A DNA stretch of 63,703 nt, the filler included, from Atractiella rhizophila (Eukaryota): assembly GCA_021432655.1 (NCBI GenBank). It is 4 parts of 3 records of this genome, joined end to end, with 100 filler letters (N's around TTAATTAATTAA, not from the genome) between each part and the next. Parts side by side here need not be neighbours in the genome. Positions count along the whole stretch, not along the records: positions 27,508 to 56,636 come from MU271475.1; 3 more parts are not named here. One strand, written 5' to 3'. Both the position numbers and the translations under genes were made by a program. The notes below the pieces were generated by a model that had not been told where the DNA came from, ran no database searches, and was given only the letters and a program-made list of their open reading frames with translations. Position 1 is the stretch's first letter. Every line of letters begins with the position of its first letter. Shown here piece after piece: positions 39,253-51,464 of the stretch.

Positions 39253-39523
39253 ACATTAGTGGTTCAAAATGGGAGTTGGTGGTACTTCCTGTTTGTACAA
39301 GAATGGAAAACAGGGTAGATACGATATGACAATGTGAGAGACGAGAGAAAACTACGATGAATATGGTACTGTAAAGCAAAAGGATACCAGACATAACGAT
39401 GCTCCGAAAATTTACTTGAACTGCTACTAGTGGTTGACGATGGAGAGGAGTTCTGCCATAAATTGATACCCTGGGAAAGTTGCTCATCTGTGGGCATGAA
39501 AGAGATTTTGGCTTGGGCTAAAC

Positions 39524-39660
39524 TGTCCCCAATCACACAAGCGTGAGCACGATAAAATGGGTAATAATGTGATTTATTACAAAGTATACAGACATACCTA
39601 AAGTGTCCCCAATCACACAAGCGTGAGCACGATAAAATGGGTAATAATGTGATTGGGGGA
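39524..39660. repeat. 51-bp direct repeat pair with a 29-bp spacer and terminal inverted repeats; MITE-like
   Basis: TGTCCCCAATCACACAAGCGTGAGCACGATAAAATGGGTAATAATGTGATT occurs at 39524-39574 and 39604-39654. CCCCAATCACA and TGTGATTGGGG are reverse complements. Confidence 0.85.
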
Positions 39661-40025
39661 AAAACGAAGAGGTTTCACATGTGTTCCTTCTTCATAGTAC
39701 CGGGCTTGCGGTGAAGTGCCACATGTTTGTTTCTGCATCGGAACGCACGGCAAACACGGCAAACACCAGTCACGTCCTGTCGTCTTCATCACTCTTTCCA
39801 ACAGCATGTTACAGCAAAATCGCTGCCCCTTAATGTCTTCAATCGTATTTTCTTGTAAAAGCCCCCAAGTTTCACACGTCCGGAAGAACGGAAGCCTTTT
39901 TACTTGGTTCAGTTTCTAAACCTTCCAGTCTGTTATCCATTCTTCTGTCAAGGTTTCTGCAAACAGCACCAAACGTCCGGACTCTAGCTGCTCCTCTTTC
40001 AAAATTTCAGCTGGACACTCATGAT

Positions 40026-40543
40026 ATGAAGCGTGGATTTCTCGCCAAATCTAGCAGTCCTCCTTCGTCCAATCCCTCCCGCCCTAATAACTCACCACTA
40101 CCAGCTCCGCCTCAACAAGAAGATCCGTATCAGGCGGCCTGGTTGGCAGCCGTTCAACCTCTCCGGGATCGTTCAAAACTATCTCAGCCTTCAAAACACA
40201 GTCCCGCGTTCGAACTTCAGCTAAAAGAGTTGGAAAAATGTGTGGAGGATGTGTCACTTGAAGCTTGTTTGGCAGATAGCGAGGAAATGGCACGCTTGAA
40301 TGGGTTCATGGACCGTTTGAAGAGTATGGAGAAACTGAAGGAGAGCGTGCCGCTTAGTATTGTGGTGCGTAAATCATCTTTTGCGTGCAACAGAGGATGG
40401 TGACCTCAGATCTTTCATTTCACTTTTGCGGGTGGTAGGCAAGAGCTTGTTACAAGACTTGGGTTGCCGACCCTGCTTTTCGTAAAGAGTTGCAGCTTGA
40501 AAAGAAAACTGAGGATAGGGAAGACAATAAAACTGATACCTGA
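40026..40543 (+). CDS. Orphan small protein (MKRGFL...), two exons
   Basis: The ORF plus a GTGCGT..TAG intron gives ...VPLSIV/ARACYKTWVADPAFRKELQLEKKTEDREDNKTDT*. Many differences from the inverted copy are synonymous. Confidence 0.65.
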
Positions 40544-41061
40544 GGTTCATAAGTTATGCCCACGACTGTTGATCTGTTGTTCCGTGCTTCACTTGTGTTT
40601 GTCAACACTCACCATTTGTACCGCTACCTCACAATGCAAGATTTGCTTCATACCTGTTCATAAAACATAGAAGTTGTGATCGAAGATGCACCAGGAACTG
40701 CCCTCAAGCTGATCCCGCTCCTGTTTCCAAACGATTGGGCCGAAAGCGTATCCATCAACCCATTCTCCAAAATCACCATCTGTATACATTTCTCTATCGA
40801 TCTATATGCGTCATATAAGACAACGGTGAGCACGTACGAATCCGGCTCCCCAACCACCCATTCCGGCCACCGTAACAACACACCTCGTCAGGATTCCCAA
40901 GGTCGTTATTGCTTGCTACTTATAAAGGGCATCCAGTGTCCTGTGCGGTTCAGAATTTTTACACTTATTTTGTACTACTAGTCACTAGCAGGCTAACAAT
41001 TAAGGTGAAGTGGTCTGTTTTCGTCGAGATAATTTTTCTTCCTCATCGGAGACGCGAGTAG

Positions 41062-41670
41062 ATGCAAATCAAACCTTTGGTAATTGTTGCCGTCTCTCTC
41101 TTGGGGATTACAGAAGCCATTGGTCGGTCTCCTCTGCCTCCATTCCCCGACTGCATCGCTTATCCTTCCATACTTATACTTTACTAGTTATCGGAAAAGC
41201 CGGGAAGAGGCAACTAGATCCTGATGATTTTGATGACATCGACGATATAAATCCGGACGAGATCCCACTTCCCCCAGCCTGCCCTCAACAATGCCTCGCC
41301 ACCGCCCTCGCGGAGACGGTACAGAGTAGAGCGTGTCAGGCTGATGATTGGGTCTGTCTTTGTAAGAATGAAGGTTTGTTGCTCTCCCGATCCCGTCCTC
41401 AAAGTGGGGGTTACTGACTACTGTGAACAGATTATTTGACAAATTCCATCACTTGCTTCAACAACCTCTGCAGCAAAGAAGATGCTGAAGATGGCCTTGT
41501 GTACGGTATTGAGTTCTGCGATGTGTGTTTTTCTTCCACTCTCGCCTATTCCCGTTTAACTGGCTGAGATAACGCTGCATTTGTTGTGGCAGGCTGTTGG
41601 TGTCAACGTCACCATCTCTCCCACTGTGACAGTGACGACTGGTCTTGTTCTGCCTACTCTTACGGTATGA
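41062..41670 (+). CDS. Secreted CFEM-domain protein
   Basis: Signal MQIKPLVIVAVSLLGITEA, then KR, then an eight-Cys pattern PACPQQC..CQADDWVCLCKNE..SITCFNNLCSKED..EFC. Three introns. Confidence 0.85.
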
Positions 41671-41986
41671 CTTTCCTTGAAATTCCATTTCAAAAATCTC
41701 ACCGGGTACAATGCGAACAGGCTGCAAGGTCGTGAATAATTTGAGTGTGTGTTGTACAATAAAATCTGCGCGGCGGGAAATCTAATGCGATAAAATGATA
41801 GAAGAGTACTTGAACTTTTGCAACATCACTGCTTCAATTGGAAGTACTTGCGGATCATTGAGCCGAGTCTTCTTTCGAGAGGAAAACCGTGACAATGAGA
41901 TGAGTGGTGTCTCTACCATCTAAAGCCTATACAGGAATGGATCTATGCAACATCTCCCCTCCGTCTCCACCTCCAAGCACTGCAGC

Positions 41987-43376
41987 TCACCGAACCTGCG
42001 TAATCGGTTCGTCATCCCTCACCTTTTCCAGTGCAGCCTCCACTAGGCCAAGTTCAGAGTCCTGTTTCGTTTCTGCCGAGTTGACAGAAGCGAGATAGGT
42101 CATCCACAAGAGACCTATGAGGTTCATGAAAGGCGGTCGTGCATAGAGAGGCACCACTCTAATCCGTCGCGAATGGGCTCATCAGTAAGATTCGGATACT
42201 GTGATGAAAGATACGGACGTGAAATTGATGCAGACGGCTGGTCCGAAGACGATCCATTGTTTTTGTATCAGCGGAATCATATTCTTCCATTTCTCATAAG
42301 TCGAGATGAATATTCAAGAAAAAGGTAGGGCATACCTCCGAAAGCCGCCGTTGGATGTCACCCCATTTACGCCCCTCGAGTGTCCCCATCCCGTAGAAGA
42401 ACATGGTGGTGGCCAGAGGGGAGAAAATCAAGGCATCCGGAATCAGTCGGACTACTAAAGCTGTTCCGAAGGAGCGTCAATTAACGGTTCGCTGTCGACG
42501 GAGAGAGGACGTACTTTTTGCCATGGATGGGTATTGGATCCGATTTAGAAGTGCGTGCCTATACGTGAACATTGGTCAGTTTCTTCTTCTCGTAATGTAT
42601 GAAACGTCAACAGATATAACCGTGCAGAGTAATTAATGATAAGAAATTACTGGACTCCAAGGAGGCGCGGAACACGTTGGATTTAAGAGATAAACAAAAT
42701 CTTTTTCACGTTGATTGTATTAATGAAGGCATAATATGTTGTATCGTGAGCTCTACTTTACCATTTATTGACGAAATCATCAATGGCGTGGTAAATGATT
42801 CACTGGGTCGACAATTAACTGTCCTCACCTGGCGAGACATAAACCGCTTCATAAAAGAAAGACTGTAGAAGAACAATGGCTGATGATGGCCAGTGTTAAC
42901 AATGAATGGTGCCGTGTCACTTTGTAAGCATGCGGCAATCATGCCCTATTTGCTTATTAGAAAGCATATAAACTCATCTTTTGTTGGATAAACACTTGTG
43001 AGAAGACAACGTTGGCTTTCGAACTGAAGCACCTCAATCGACAAAAGTAAGGTAGACAAAAGCAGTAGAAACGGAAGAGCACATCTCCCGGCCATTTCCA
43101 AATGCAACGGAGCTTCCGTCAGTGGTAGTCGGCGCCACTGAAAAAAGGAAATGACAAAGATTGAAGCGAAACGCACCATCTATTCGCCGTCGGCGCAAAG
43201 ATGAGTCCACTGTAAACTCCAAACCGGAGAGTGCGCATCCAGTCGTGCTCAGAGAAAGGACGATCTTCGATCCAATGCTGGGATAATGCGTCGCCCAAGG
43301 AAGACGTTGTTGCACCAGTTGCCATTTGAGTCAGGAGGGTGTGAGAACGCAAGAGACGGAGGTAGAGGGAGAGCAT
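41987..43376 (-). CDS. SYM1: Mpv17/PMP22 family membrane protein with a 618-nt first intron
   Basis: LTQMATGATTSSLGDALSQ, HDWMRTLRFGVYSG, W/HALLNRI, DALIFSP..FFYGMGTLEG, INF..VPLYARPPFMNLIGLLWMTYLA. Confidence 0.9.
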
Positions 43377-43652
43377 TTCGTCTATTAATGATTAGTGTAT
43401 ATTGATGATACTTGGGTCTGTTATTTTCTAACGAGTCATCAGTTGCTCATGTAATCTTTTGGAAATTGAAATTGAGGGTGTTAAGCTCAATTTGAAATAG
43501 TGAAGCATCTGAAAGAGGAAAGCGATCGACATGTGCGATGACGTAGCTGCTCTAAAGTTGCATGAGCCAGCAAGCTACAAAAGGACGATCGCCTCCAAAA
43601 CGGCTCTCTTCTCCGCAACAAAACGAAGACGACGAAACGAAACACGAGCATC

Positions 43653-46600
43653 ATGGCCACCCAAAACACCCAACCACGCAGGGTGTCCTTCAACGCTACA
43701 TCGTCAATCCACGACTCATCCACTCCGCCGTCCATCCTCAAGCCGTCCACTCAAAAATCTAACCCTCCAAGCCGACGGTCCTCAGCTTTCCTCCCGCCCC
43801 TCCTTCCGCCCATTCCACAAGGTCGAGTTCCAGCTCCCCAATCCGCCGTCGTGCCAGAGGGCACTGTTCGCCTCGAATCCCTGCCTTCCTTGACCTTGGG
43901 GGCGAGGAAGACTGCTGCTCCTGCGCCTGGGGTTCACGGACCTGCTAGGAGACCTAGTGCGGTGGCGATCTCGAAAGAGAAGGAGAAAGCGAGGAGGTGG
44001 ACGTCTCTCGGAGGCAGAGGGAGCGTGTCCGGAACCGGCGGCGGTTGGACGGCGGAGGAGAGGGAGAGGTGGATCGCTTTGCATGGGAGGAAGGGAACGA
44101 AGATTGCAAGGGAACCGACGGTCGTTAGTGGGAAGAAAACGGACGTGGATGCGGACGAGAGCAGCGTCAGAGAGGCGAGCGAGGTATTCGCGACCAGGGT
44201 CAAGGCGTTGGTGTTGGATACGCCGGTCGGAGCGTTCTTGGAAGTGCTTGTGAATGAGGGAGAGCAGGCATTCAATGAGTTCAAAGGTGCATCTCTCTGT
44301 TTTATGCAGATTGAAACGAAAGTAAGATTTGACAACGGGAAGGTGTTGTGGACAAGTCCATCGGAGCTTATGGAGCTGCCAAGGTCGTAGTCAGGATCGA
44401 GGATGTGATTGCGAGCTTGCAAAAGGTGTACAAACTGTTGTTGACCGAGCCAGAAGTTGCTGATCTGTCCGTTTCTCTCTTTTGTTTTTGGTGGGCCAAT
44501 GACAAGTGCTACAGCATCTCCCGCTCCCAAGCACAATACAGCTCTCTCCTCTCTACCTCCTCTTCCCAAATCACCGCAGGGTTAGGTCTGCCTGCCGCCG
44601 CGCCGCCGACGGTCTCTGCGGCCCTCACCTCCCTGGGACTGAAACTGTCCACCTCCCCAGTCTATGGATACCTCTTCCTTTCCGTCCTTTCTAGCATCTC
44701 CACGCTCCTCACCTCCTCCGCCTCCACCCTTTCCAAACTGATCGACGACCTCCTCGTCCGCCTCAACAACGCAGGACAAGGCAGTCACCTAGCTAGGCTG
44801 CTGAGGGAAGGCAAAAATGCAATCGAATACCTATCCGGTGTCCCTCTCTTCCCTCTCATCTCTCTCCTCCCCCTTTACGTCCAGTCAACGATCACAGATC
44901 TGTCCACATTGGCACAACAGATTCAGGCGTTCCTTAACTCCCCGTATCCTCCACCAGTGGCCGATTATGTCCCTCATCCGCTTACGGGTGCACCTTTCTC
45001 CCCTAGCGAGACGGCGGCGCGGCTGGATATCGTTTGGACGAAAGTTAAGGAAGTCTTGTTCTCGGAGTTGGGCGGGAGAGTCTGGCGGGAAGTTGTGGCT
45101 GTCAAGGAGGGGATGGGGGGTAAAGATGGAGTTGAGAGGTTGGCGAGAGACTGGAAGAGGGTCGTAAGGCTGTTGAGAGGCGATACGGAGGGCGTGAAGG
45201 AGTTTGTGAGGACTCTAGCCCGCGAATGGGGTAGAGTGGAGGTTGGAGATGTTGAGGGAGAGGAGGGTGGGAAGAAGGTGTCGCTTAAGGATGTAGTGCT
45301 GTTGTTCGAGGACTTGGTGCCTGAGGATGTGACCGTTAGCAAGAAACAGTCGCTTTGGGGAAGTGGAGGCGCCAAAGGAGGGAAGAAGACGGTGGTCGAT
45401 ATGGAGAATGTGAGAATGAGGCTGGAGCAGACTGACTTCACTTACGATGGTACGAGTGGAACCCTGGACGCCACCCTGGCCTTCGACATCTCCTTGCATC
45501 TCATCGATAGGCCATCCTCTCCTATTCCATTCTTCGACTCCATCCATGTCCGCGTCAAAGCTCTCCAGCTCTCACTCTCCACTGGTTCAACCATCAAAGA
45601 CGCATTATTCAACGCCGCCCTTCCCCTCCTCAAGTCCTCCCTCAAGACCAGAATCGGTTCATTGGTCGAAACTTGGCTCGGAGATAAGTTGGGCTTGATA
45701 TTAGGGACAAAGAAGGAAGTGACGTATGCACCACCGGCAGTTCCCCCTCCGAAGGTCGACATGAAGAGGAAGCCCGCGTCAAAGAGAGCGATGAGCATGG
45801 CTGATCATCTGACAGCTGTCTCCTCCAGAGATGCAACTTCCATCGCGAACATCCGCTCTCCGCCAAAAGCAGAGCCCTCTTCTACAGCAGCGGCGGCGGC
45901 GGCGGAAGCTGCAGCAGGCAGCGTATTCTATGACGATTCGTCGGATTCAGAGGAAGAAAAGAAAGGACCGTTCTCGCCTTTCATATTTAATAGGACCGGA
46001 GGAAGGGTTGGGACGGAGGAGATGTCGTATGAAGAGTACGAGGAGGCTGCGAAGAAGGCTGAGAGGGAGTTTGCGCGCGAAGAGGGGTTGAGGACGCACG
46101 AATATGCTTCGATGGCCCAGTCACTGAGCGATATCGCCATGAAGGACGCTACCACTCTTCAGGCTCTCAGGTCCCCTGCAGTCGCGGAGAATAAGGGAGA
46201 GGAGTACGTTGCGCCGCTCGAGCCGAAGACTTTCTCCATGAATAACGTTACGAGGAGGCTCTCCGGACTGGGCACAAGTGATATCGATGGTGCTTTGGAG
46301 AGGGGCATGAAGCTAGGGAGCGCGGCCGTGGCTGCGAGCGGTCATGAAGTAGGGGAGGAGGAGGGACCGAGTGGCATTCTTAGGGATTTGGAGTACGCGA
46401 GGAACGCGGTAAGGGGAAGGAGGACCTTTGCAGGCACTCCGCTCGGAGAACCAGGGCTTGATAAAGTCGACTATATGCCATTCGCAGCACCTGTTCCTGC
46501 TGTGCCGCACAGGAGCGAGACCATGGCTGGGAGGCTTACGGAGAAGGAAATGAGGGACGAAACGGATCCCTCTGCCTTTAGTTCGTCTTTCTCTTCCTCT

Positions 46601-47108
46601 TAACATCCATCCCACTTCAACCGTCGATTCAATGCTAACCTGGCCCGGAACAGGTCACCGCCGTTTCTCCTCCTCTAAACCGTCAGACCTCTCCCTGCAA
46701 GCTCCAAGACGGTCCATGTCCTCTTTCCTCTCCCCATCCGCTAAATTGGACACTACCCTCCTGCCCAACATCGCCTCCCCGCCCTCTGCCGGTCCAGGAA
46801 TCTCACATCGCGATAGTCACGTCCACTTTGTCGACTCCCCCCACTCCGCTCAGCCTCGTCCATCCCAATCGATCGTCCAGATTCCGATGGCAGATCAGAT
46901 AGAGGAGAAGAGTCAGGTGGACTGGACCACCGAAGAGGGATTGAAGCGGACGGGGAGGAGGAGCAGTTTAACTGCACGAGAGACGGGGTTGAGCGAGAAC
47001 GAGTTGAAGGGGAGGGGGATGAGCTCGTTCTTGACTAAGGAGGCGATGAGGGACGCGACGACGGAGGAGGGGGTGAGGAACCCTGTCGTTGTTGATCAAG
47101 GTGAATGA
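43653..47108 (+). CDS. Large protein with a HAM1/DUF4449 (TULIP-like) region and disordered ends
   Basis: ORFs 43653-44390, 44348-46603 and 46632-47108 can be joined by short GT-AG introns. FDSIHVRVKALQLSL..DALFNAALPLLKSSLKTRI resembles the HAM1-like C-terminal segment. Confidence 0.6.
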
Positions 47109-47365
47109 GCGAGAACTTATTCATGGATGAGCAAACGTTGTGCTTGGTAAATAGTGCTTTTCGTGTATATCATTGTCAAAACAAAAGGAAAATGACAAGA
47201 ATCATCGATATGAAATGTTGACACTCCTGAAGTACTTGAAATCGGGCCAGAACTGGTCCATTGCATTTGTGAAACCAAAATCTATTAACCTCTACTATTG
47301 ACTAAAGTCTACTGTAAGAAACACTGACCCCTCACCTCCCTCATTGAGGAAAGCAGAGACCTAAA

Positions 47366-48395
47366 TCAAAGGAAAACCGAACCCCAAGCACCAACAAGAA
47401 GAGCACCCACACCTCCCATCCACGCACGCCAACACAACCGTCCAGCTGCACTCCCTTGGTCGTCAGTAGGCAACGTGAAATTAGCCGGCCTCTCAGTGGT
47501 CCACCAGCTGGCGGCGACGGGTCGTGCGAGGAAGGTCTTGGAGGCAAAATCGGTCACGTTGAAGTTGGAGCGGGAGAAGTTGTCCTTGGTAGGATCAAAC
47601 CCGATGGTTGAGAGTGAAGAGCTGAGGTTGGAGGGTTGGATGTATGCGGAGATCACGAAGCGGTGGGATCCAGAACCGGCTGTATCAATTAGCCCGTGGC
47701 GCGAAATCAGCAACAAAGAAAGGCACAGAAGGGGGATCGTTGAGTGAGGCGCAGGCTAGAGAATAGGAGACTTACGGATTGGATCGGCGGGCGCCCAGGG
47801 AACGAGAGGGTCGGATAGAGAAGAGAGACGATAAAGAGTGAGATCGTCCTTTGGGCTCCTGATCGTGTAAGTCGAGAAAGTAAAGTTTCCTCCCAGGAAA
47901 TGGATGACTTGTCCGACGGTGGGAGTGAGACGAGAAGGAGCGTCTGGGTCGACGATGGCGAGGAACCAGAGCTGGGAACGCAGGAATGAGATTTGCTCTG
48001 GCGTTTGAGGGGTGGATGTGAAGGAGGCGAAGAGGGTCGGGAAGGCGGTAGAATCTACACAACAAACCGTCGTCAGAACCATGTTGTATTGGCGAACCAA
48101 ACACAACAAAAACAAAGGCGATATGATGTATGGGATAAAAGGCGACTTCAAGGAGAAACGAACTGGCTAGCGACACATTGGATCCTGGCTGTACCAGACC
48201 GAGATCTTCGCCTGTGGGAGGCGAGAAGGAGAAAGGTAGGGAGAAGGCTGGCTGGATTGGCGGGAGTATTTGCGGAATGATTTCTGCCTCTGTGAGGTTA
48301 CCGCGAATATTGGAGATTGTGAAGTTTGCGGTCTGTGCTGCAACATGGCTGGTGAGTGACTGGAGGAGGATTAGCTGAAGAAGTAGTTGTAGCAT
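47366..48395 (-). CDS. PEBP-family protein with signal peptide and hydrophobic (GPI-like) tail
   Basis: LAIVDPDAPS..QVIHFLGGN, PGSGSHRFVI, RSNFNVTDFA. N-terminal signal and C-terminal GGVGALLVGAWGSVFL. Confidence 0.88.
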
Positions 48396-49255
48396 GGTAA
48401 GGAGCGTGTTGTGGCTGATAAAATCGTCAGCATTTCACTATGGAAACTGGAAAACAAACATCGTCTAGACCTTAGTTAAATCATTCGCCTTGTTCGCTGT
48501 GTAAACGCCAATGAAAACTTCAATGAAAAAGACAGCGAAGGCTAATGCCAATGCCAATCCACGCAGAGGATGGTGCTAGCGCGACGAGGCAACGCCAAGA
48601 CGGTGATTGCCTTTTCAGAACATACCTCAAAGTTCGGCCATTTCTGCCCTTCTTCCTTAGTTTATTGCATTGGGCTGAGCCCATTGCAAGGTGCTGAATG
48701 GCTGGATCGAGCCTTGTAATTCACAGTCCGATATATTTCCTATTACTCCAGCGGAAGGATGGGGAGGAATGCGCAGGCAGAAATAATATTTTATCTTCCC
48801 GTGATGTTGAACGTCGAGTGAGAAAGAATTACCGACGGTTAGCGTCCGAATCCTCGTTCTTACACTGGAGAACGAGTTTCATAAGGCTTCTCCTTATGAT
48901 AAGGGATGCAACAGCCACTTTCTTACGAACGGCGATGTGTGCCTCAGGCACACTCAGTCCTCTGCGATTTTGGCCCAGACCACTTCCTCCATTTAGCATG
49001 TAATAGACAACGCATTTTCTCCCAACCATCCATCGTCTCCGCCGTCTGCAGTCTTGCTCGCACAACACAAAGGCAACAGGACCGTCAATCACCAGTTTTG
49101 GTGTATGGGGATGATTCGTAGCTTTTCATCCAATGGTGAAGGGGTCGTTTTGCCAAATTCACATCAGCATGATGAAATTGATTTATTACAAACTTTGAAC
49201 TACGATAGGAGCCTTTGGAAGTTATGAGTATGGGCCTGGATGAGTTACTACAACG

Positions 49256-49771
49256 TTGTTGAATGTCTTTGTGAAAAACGAAAGGACAAACCTTTACAAC
49301 ACGACCTTATTCCGTGCCCATTACTTATCGATATTATGTGCGGGAACGAGCTCACTGAAAGGACTCCAATCAATAATGAGGGCGGAACCCAAAGCACGTT
49401 CGAAGTTTTCAGCTCAGAAACAAAAGGCAGTTGCTGTCATCACCTCTCCAAATTACTGAGAGAGTGCTTCTGAGCCAGTAAATGTAATGGATGTATCAAT
49501 AACGGATATTTACCGAGCACTCATCAAAATGTTGGCGCAACGTCCTCGAGGTCTGCTTGCTCTCTCGGATATCCTGCAAATGATCCTCATACAACAAGCA
49601 ATCTATCATCAGGTTACATAAACACTTACTAGAATGATACGTTAACTGAGGAATCCTAACCTCCGTTTGCCTGAGTGGGTCGCAAAACGGGAGTTAATCA
49701 CTTTGAACTTTCGTCAAGAACGACCTGTAGCTGCAGCCTCTAAAATCTGTTCTGCAACAAGGGAGCCCTGA
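49256..49771 (+). mobile_element. Possible hAT-like transposase relic
   Basis: One frame with three internal stops reads NTTLFRAHYLSIL..AVITSPNY*E..ITDIYRAL..LLALSDI. It loosely follows the hAT TR(W/F)..HY / (F/Y)W / LSDV layout. Confidence 0.3.
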
Positions 49772-49886
49772 CGCAAAGCGCTATCTGGCGGACGAAGGGA
49801 GTGAGATGCGTTGTGATGAAATATGAAAGCGCAGCCTTTTTATTGCTAGGTCGACTTATGACGCTTGAAAATCAAGGGAGGAACGA

Positions 49887-51464
49887 AATGTGGCACATTC
49901 TTCTCAATACCATTCCGAGGAAGGGGAAAGTGAGAGCTCAGCTCTCCAAAGACCAAAAGAGAAGGGAGGATCTCAATCAATCACCTCCCAAAGTCAGGAG
50001 AGCATTGCGGGCGGTAGGAATCCAAAATACAAGGGATGCGAACGCGGTTGCGAAAGTTCAGTGAATTTCTACACCCCAAACAACGATCGCACTTGCACAA
50101 AACAATACTCAGCGCGTCAATATCGATACCCATGGCAGATGATGCTTTGCTCGACGAAATTCACAGGCTTTGCGTGGACGAAGATGATACCTCGATGGTG
50201 CTCGCTCCCAAGAACTCGAACGTGACACCTCCGCGTCCTCAGCCTCACATTTTCGCTTCCCAACTGGCTGAAGTTGGGAAACGAGATTTGGGACATACCA
50301 GCCCTTTGTCTCTAAACCACAGGAACTTATTTTCGAGGAACCTACCGACGCCATATTTTACAATGTCGGCGTCAGCACAAATGACAAGCTACTCATGCAG
50401 TACTTCAGCCCCAACAGACCAAAGAGAGCGCCAAAACAAAAGGACGACATGGAAGTTAACGCGCTCGCGAACGCTTTCGATAGAACCCAAGTCATTTCAA
50501 ACGATCAAAGGAAGAGAAGAGAGATGACGCGATACAACGGCAATAGGCGGGACGCCAGGAGGAATCAAAGGAGTGTAAGGGGTATCCATTCAGAAGTTAT
50601 TAATCAAAAAAGTGCGTCGTTACTTTCTCTATTGTGTCTGGATGGGAACCGATTGGTGCCTTAGGGAAGAGGTACTTTGCTTTCAATCCAGACAAGAACG
50701 CACAGAAGGCAAAGGCTGGCCAAAGCGGTAAGAATGCTTGTCCGTCTACAACCATATCTAAGAGACACTCGGTAGTGCACACCAACTCTGACGAGTACTG
50801 GAAAAAGGTTCAAGAGGAGAGAGCGAAGGCTTTGAAGGAATTAGAAGACATCCTGGACCTGGAGAGAGACAATAATGGTAAACCTCTCCTCTTTCACTCT
50901 TTCAGTAGCACGCCAGAAAACTGATTCTAATGACGCGATAGCCCGGCTTACGCAGTTCGACCCGTCCGACATGGCGATGGTGCCTGACTGTTGTGCAGAG
51001 CACTGCCTGTGGGTTCACGAAATCAACAACACCTTCTACGACATCTCCATCCCCGGCAAATATATTCCCTTACGTTCTGAGGTCGTCGACCGCCGCCAAA
51101 AGGAATCATCGGAGGAGCGAACGATCCGATGCAACAGGAGACAGAAAACTCTTGCTCCAGCTTTCTGATCAAGAATGGGACGGAACGACAACACAACGGT
51201 AGCACTACTCTGGATAACGGTTTTGAACATGGATTCCCGGATTTTTCTGCTCATCTGCTGGATTTTGTTGTTTGAATGTGTAGCTTTCGTTTTAGTCAAG
51301 CGCAAATATGTGTGCAACAGCTTCGTCTTTCTGAAATGACTATGAATCACTCTGCTCCATACCCCGACGTCGCTTCGCCAAGTAAGGACCAGGTGGGATC
51401 TGTATTATGCAGTCCGAAACGAGAAGTACTACAGCTCTCTCCAGCTCTCCCCAAAATTGACTAG
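49887..51464 (+). CDS. Hypothetical spliced gene or pseudogene, no recognisable domain
   Basis: Consecutive + strand ORFs linked by intron-like GTGCGT..TAG (~50611-50664) and GTAAAC..TAG (~50878-50941). Apparent frameshifts in the 5' part. Confidence 0.4.

Noticed and set aside
39524..39654. Repeat-spacer-repeat as a CRISPR array
   Set aside because: Only two repeats, no cas genes, and a eukaryotic intron-rich context.
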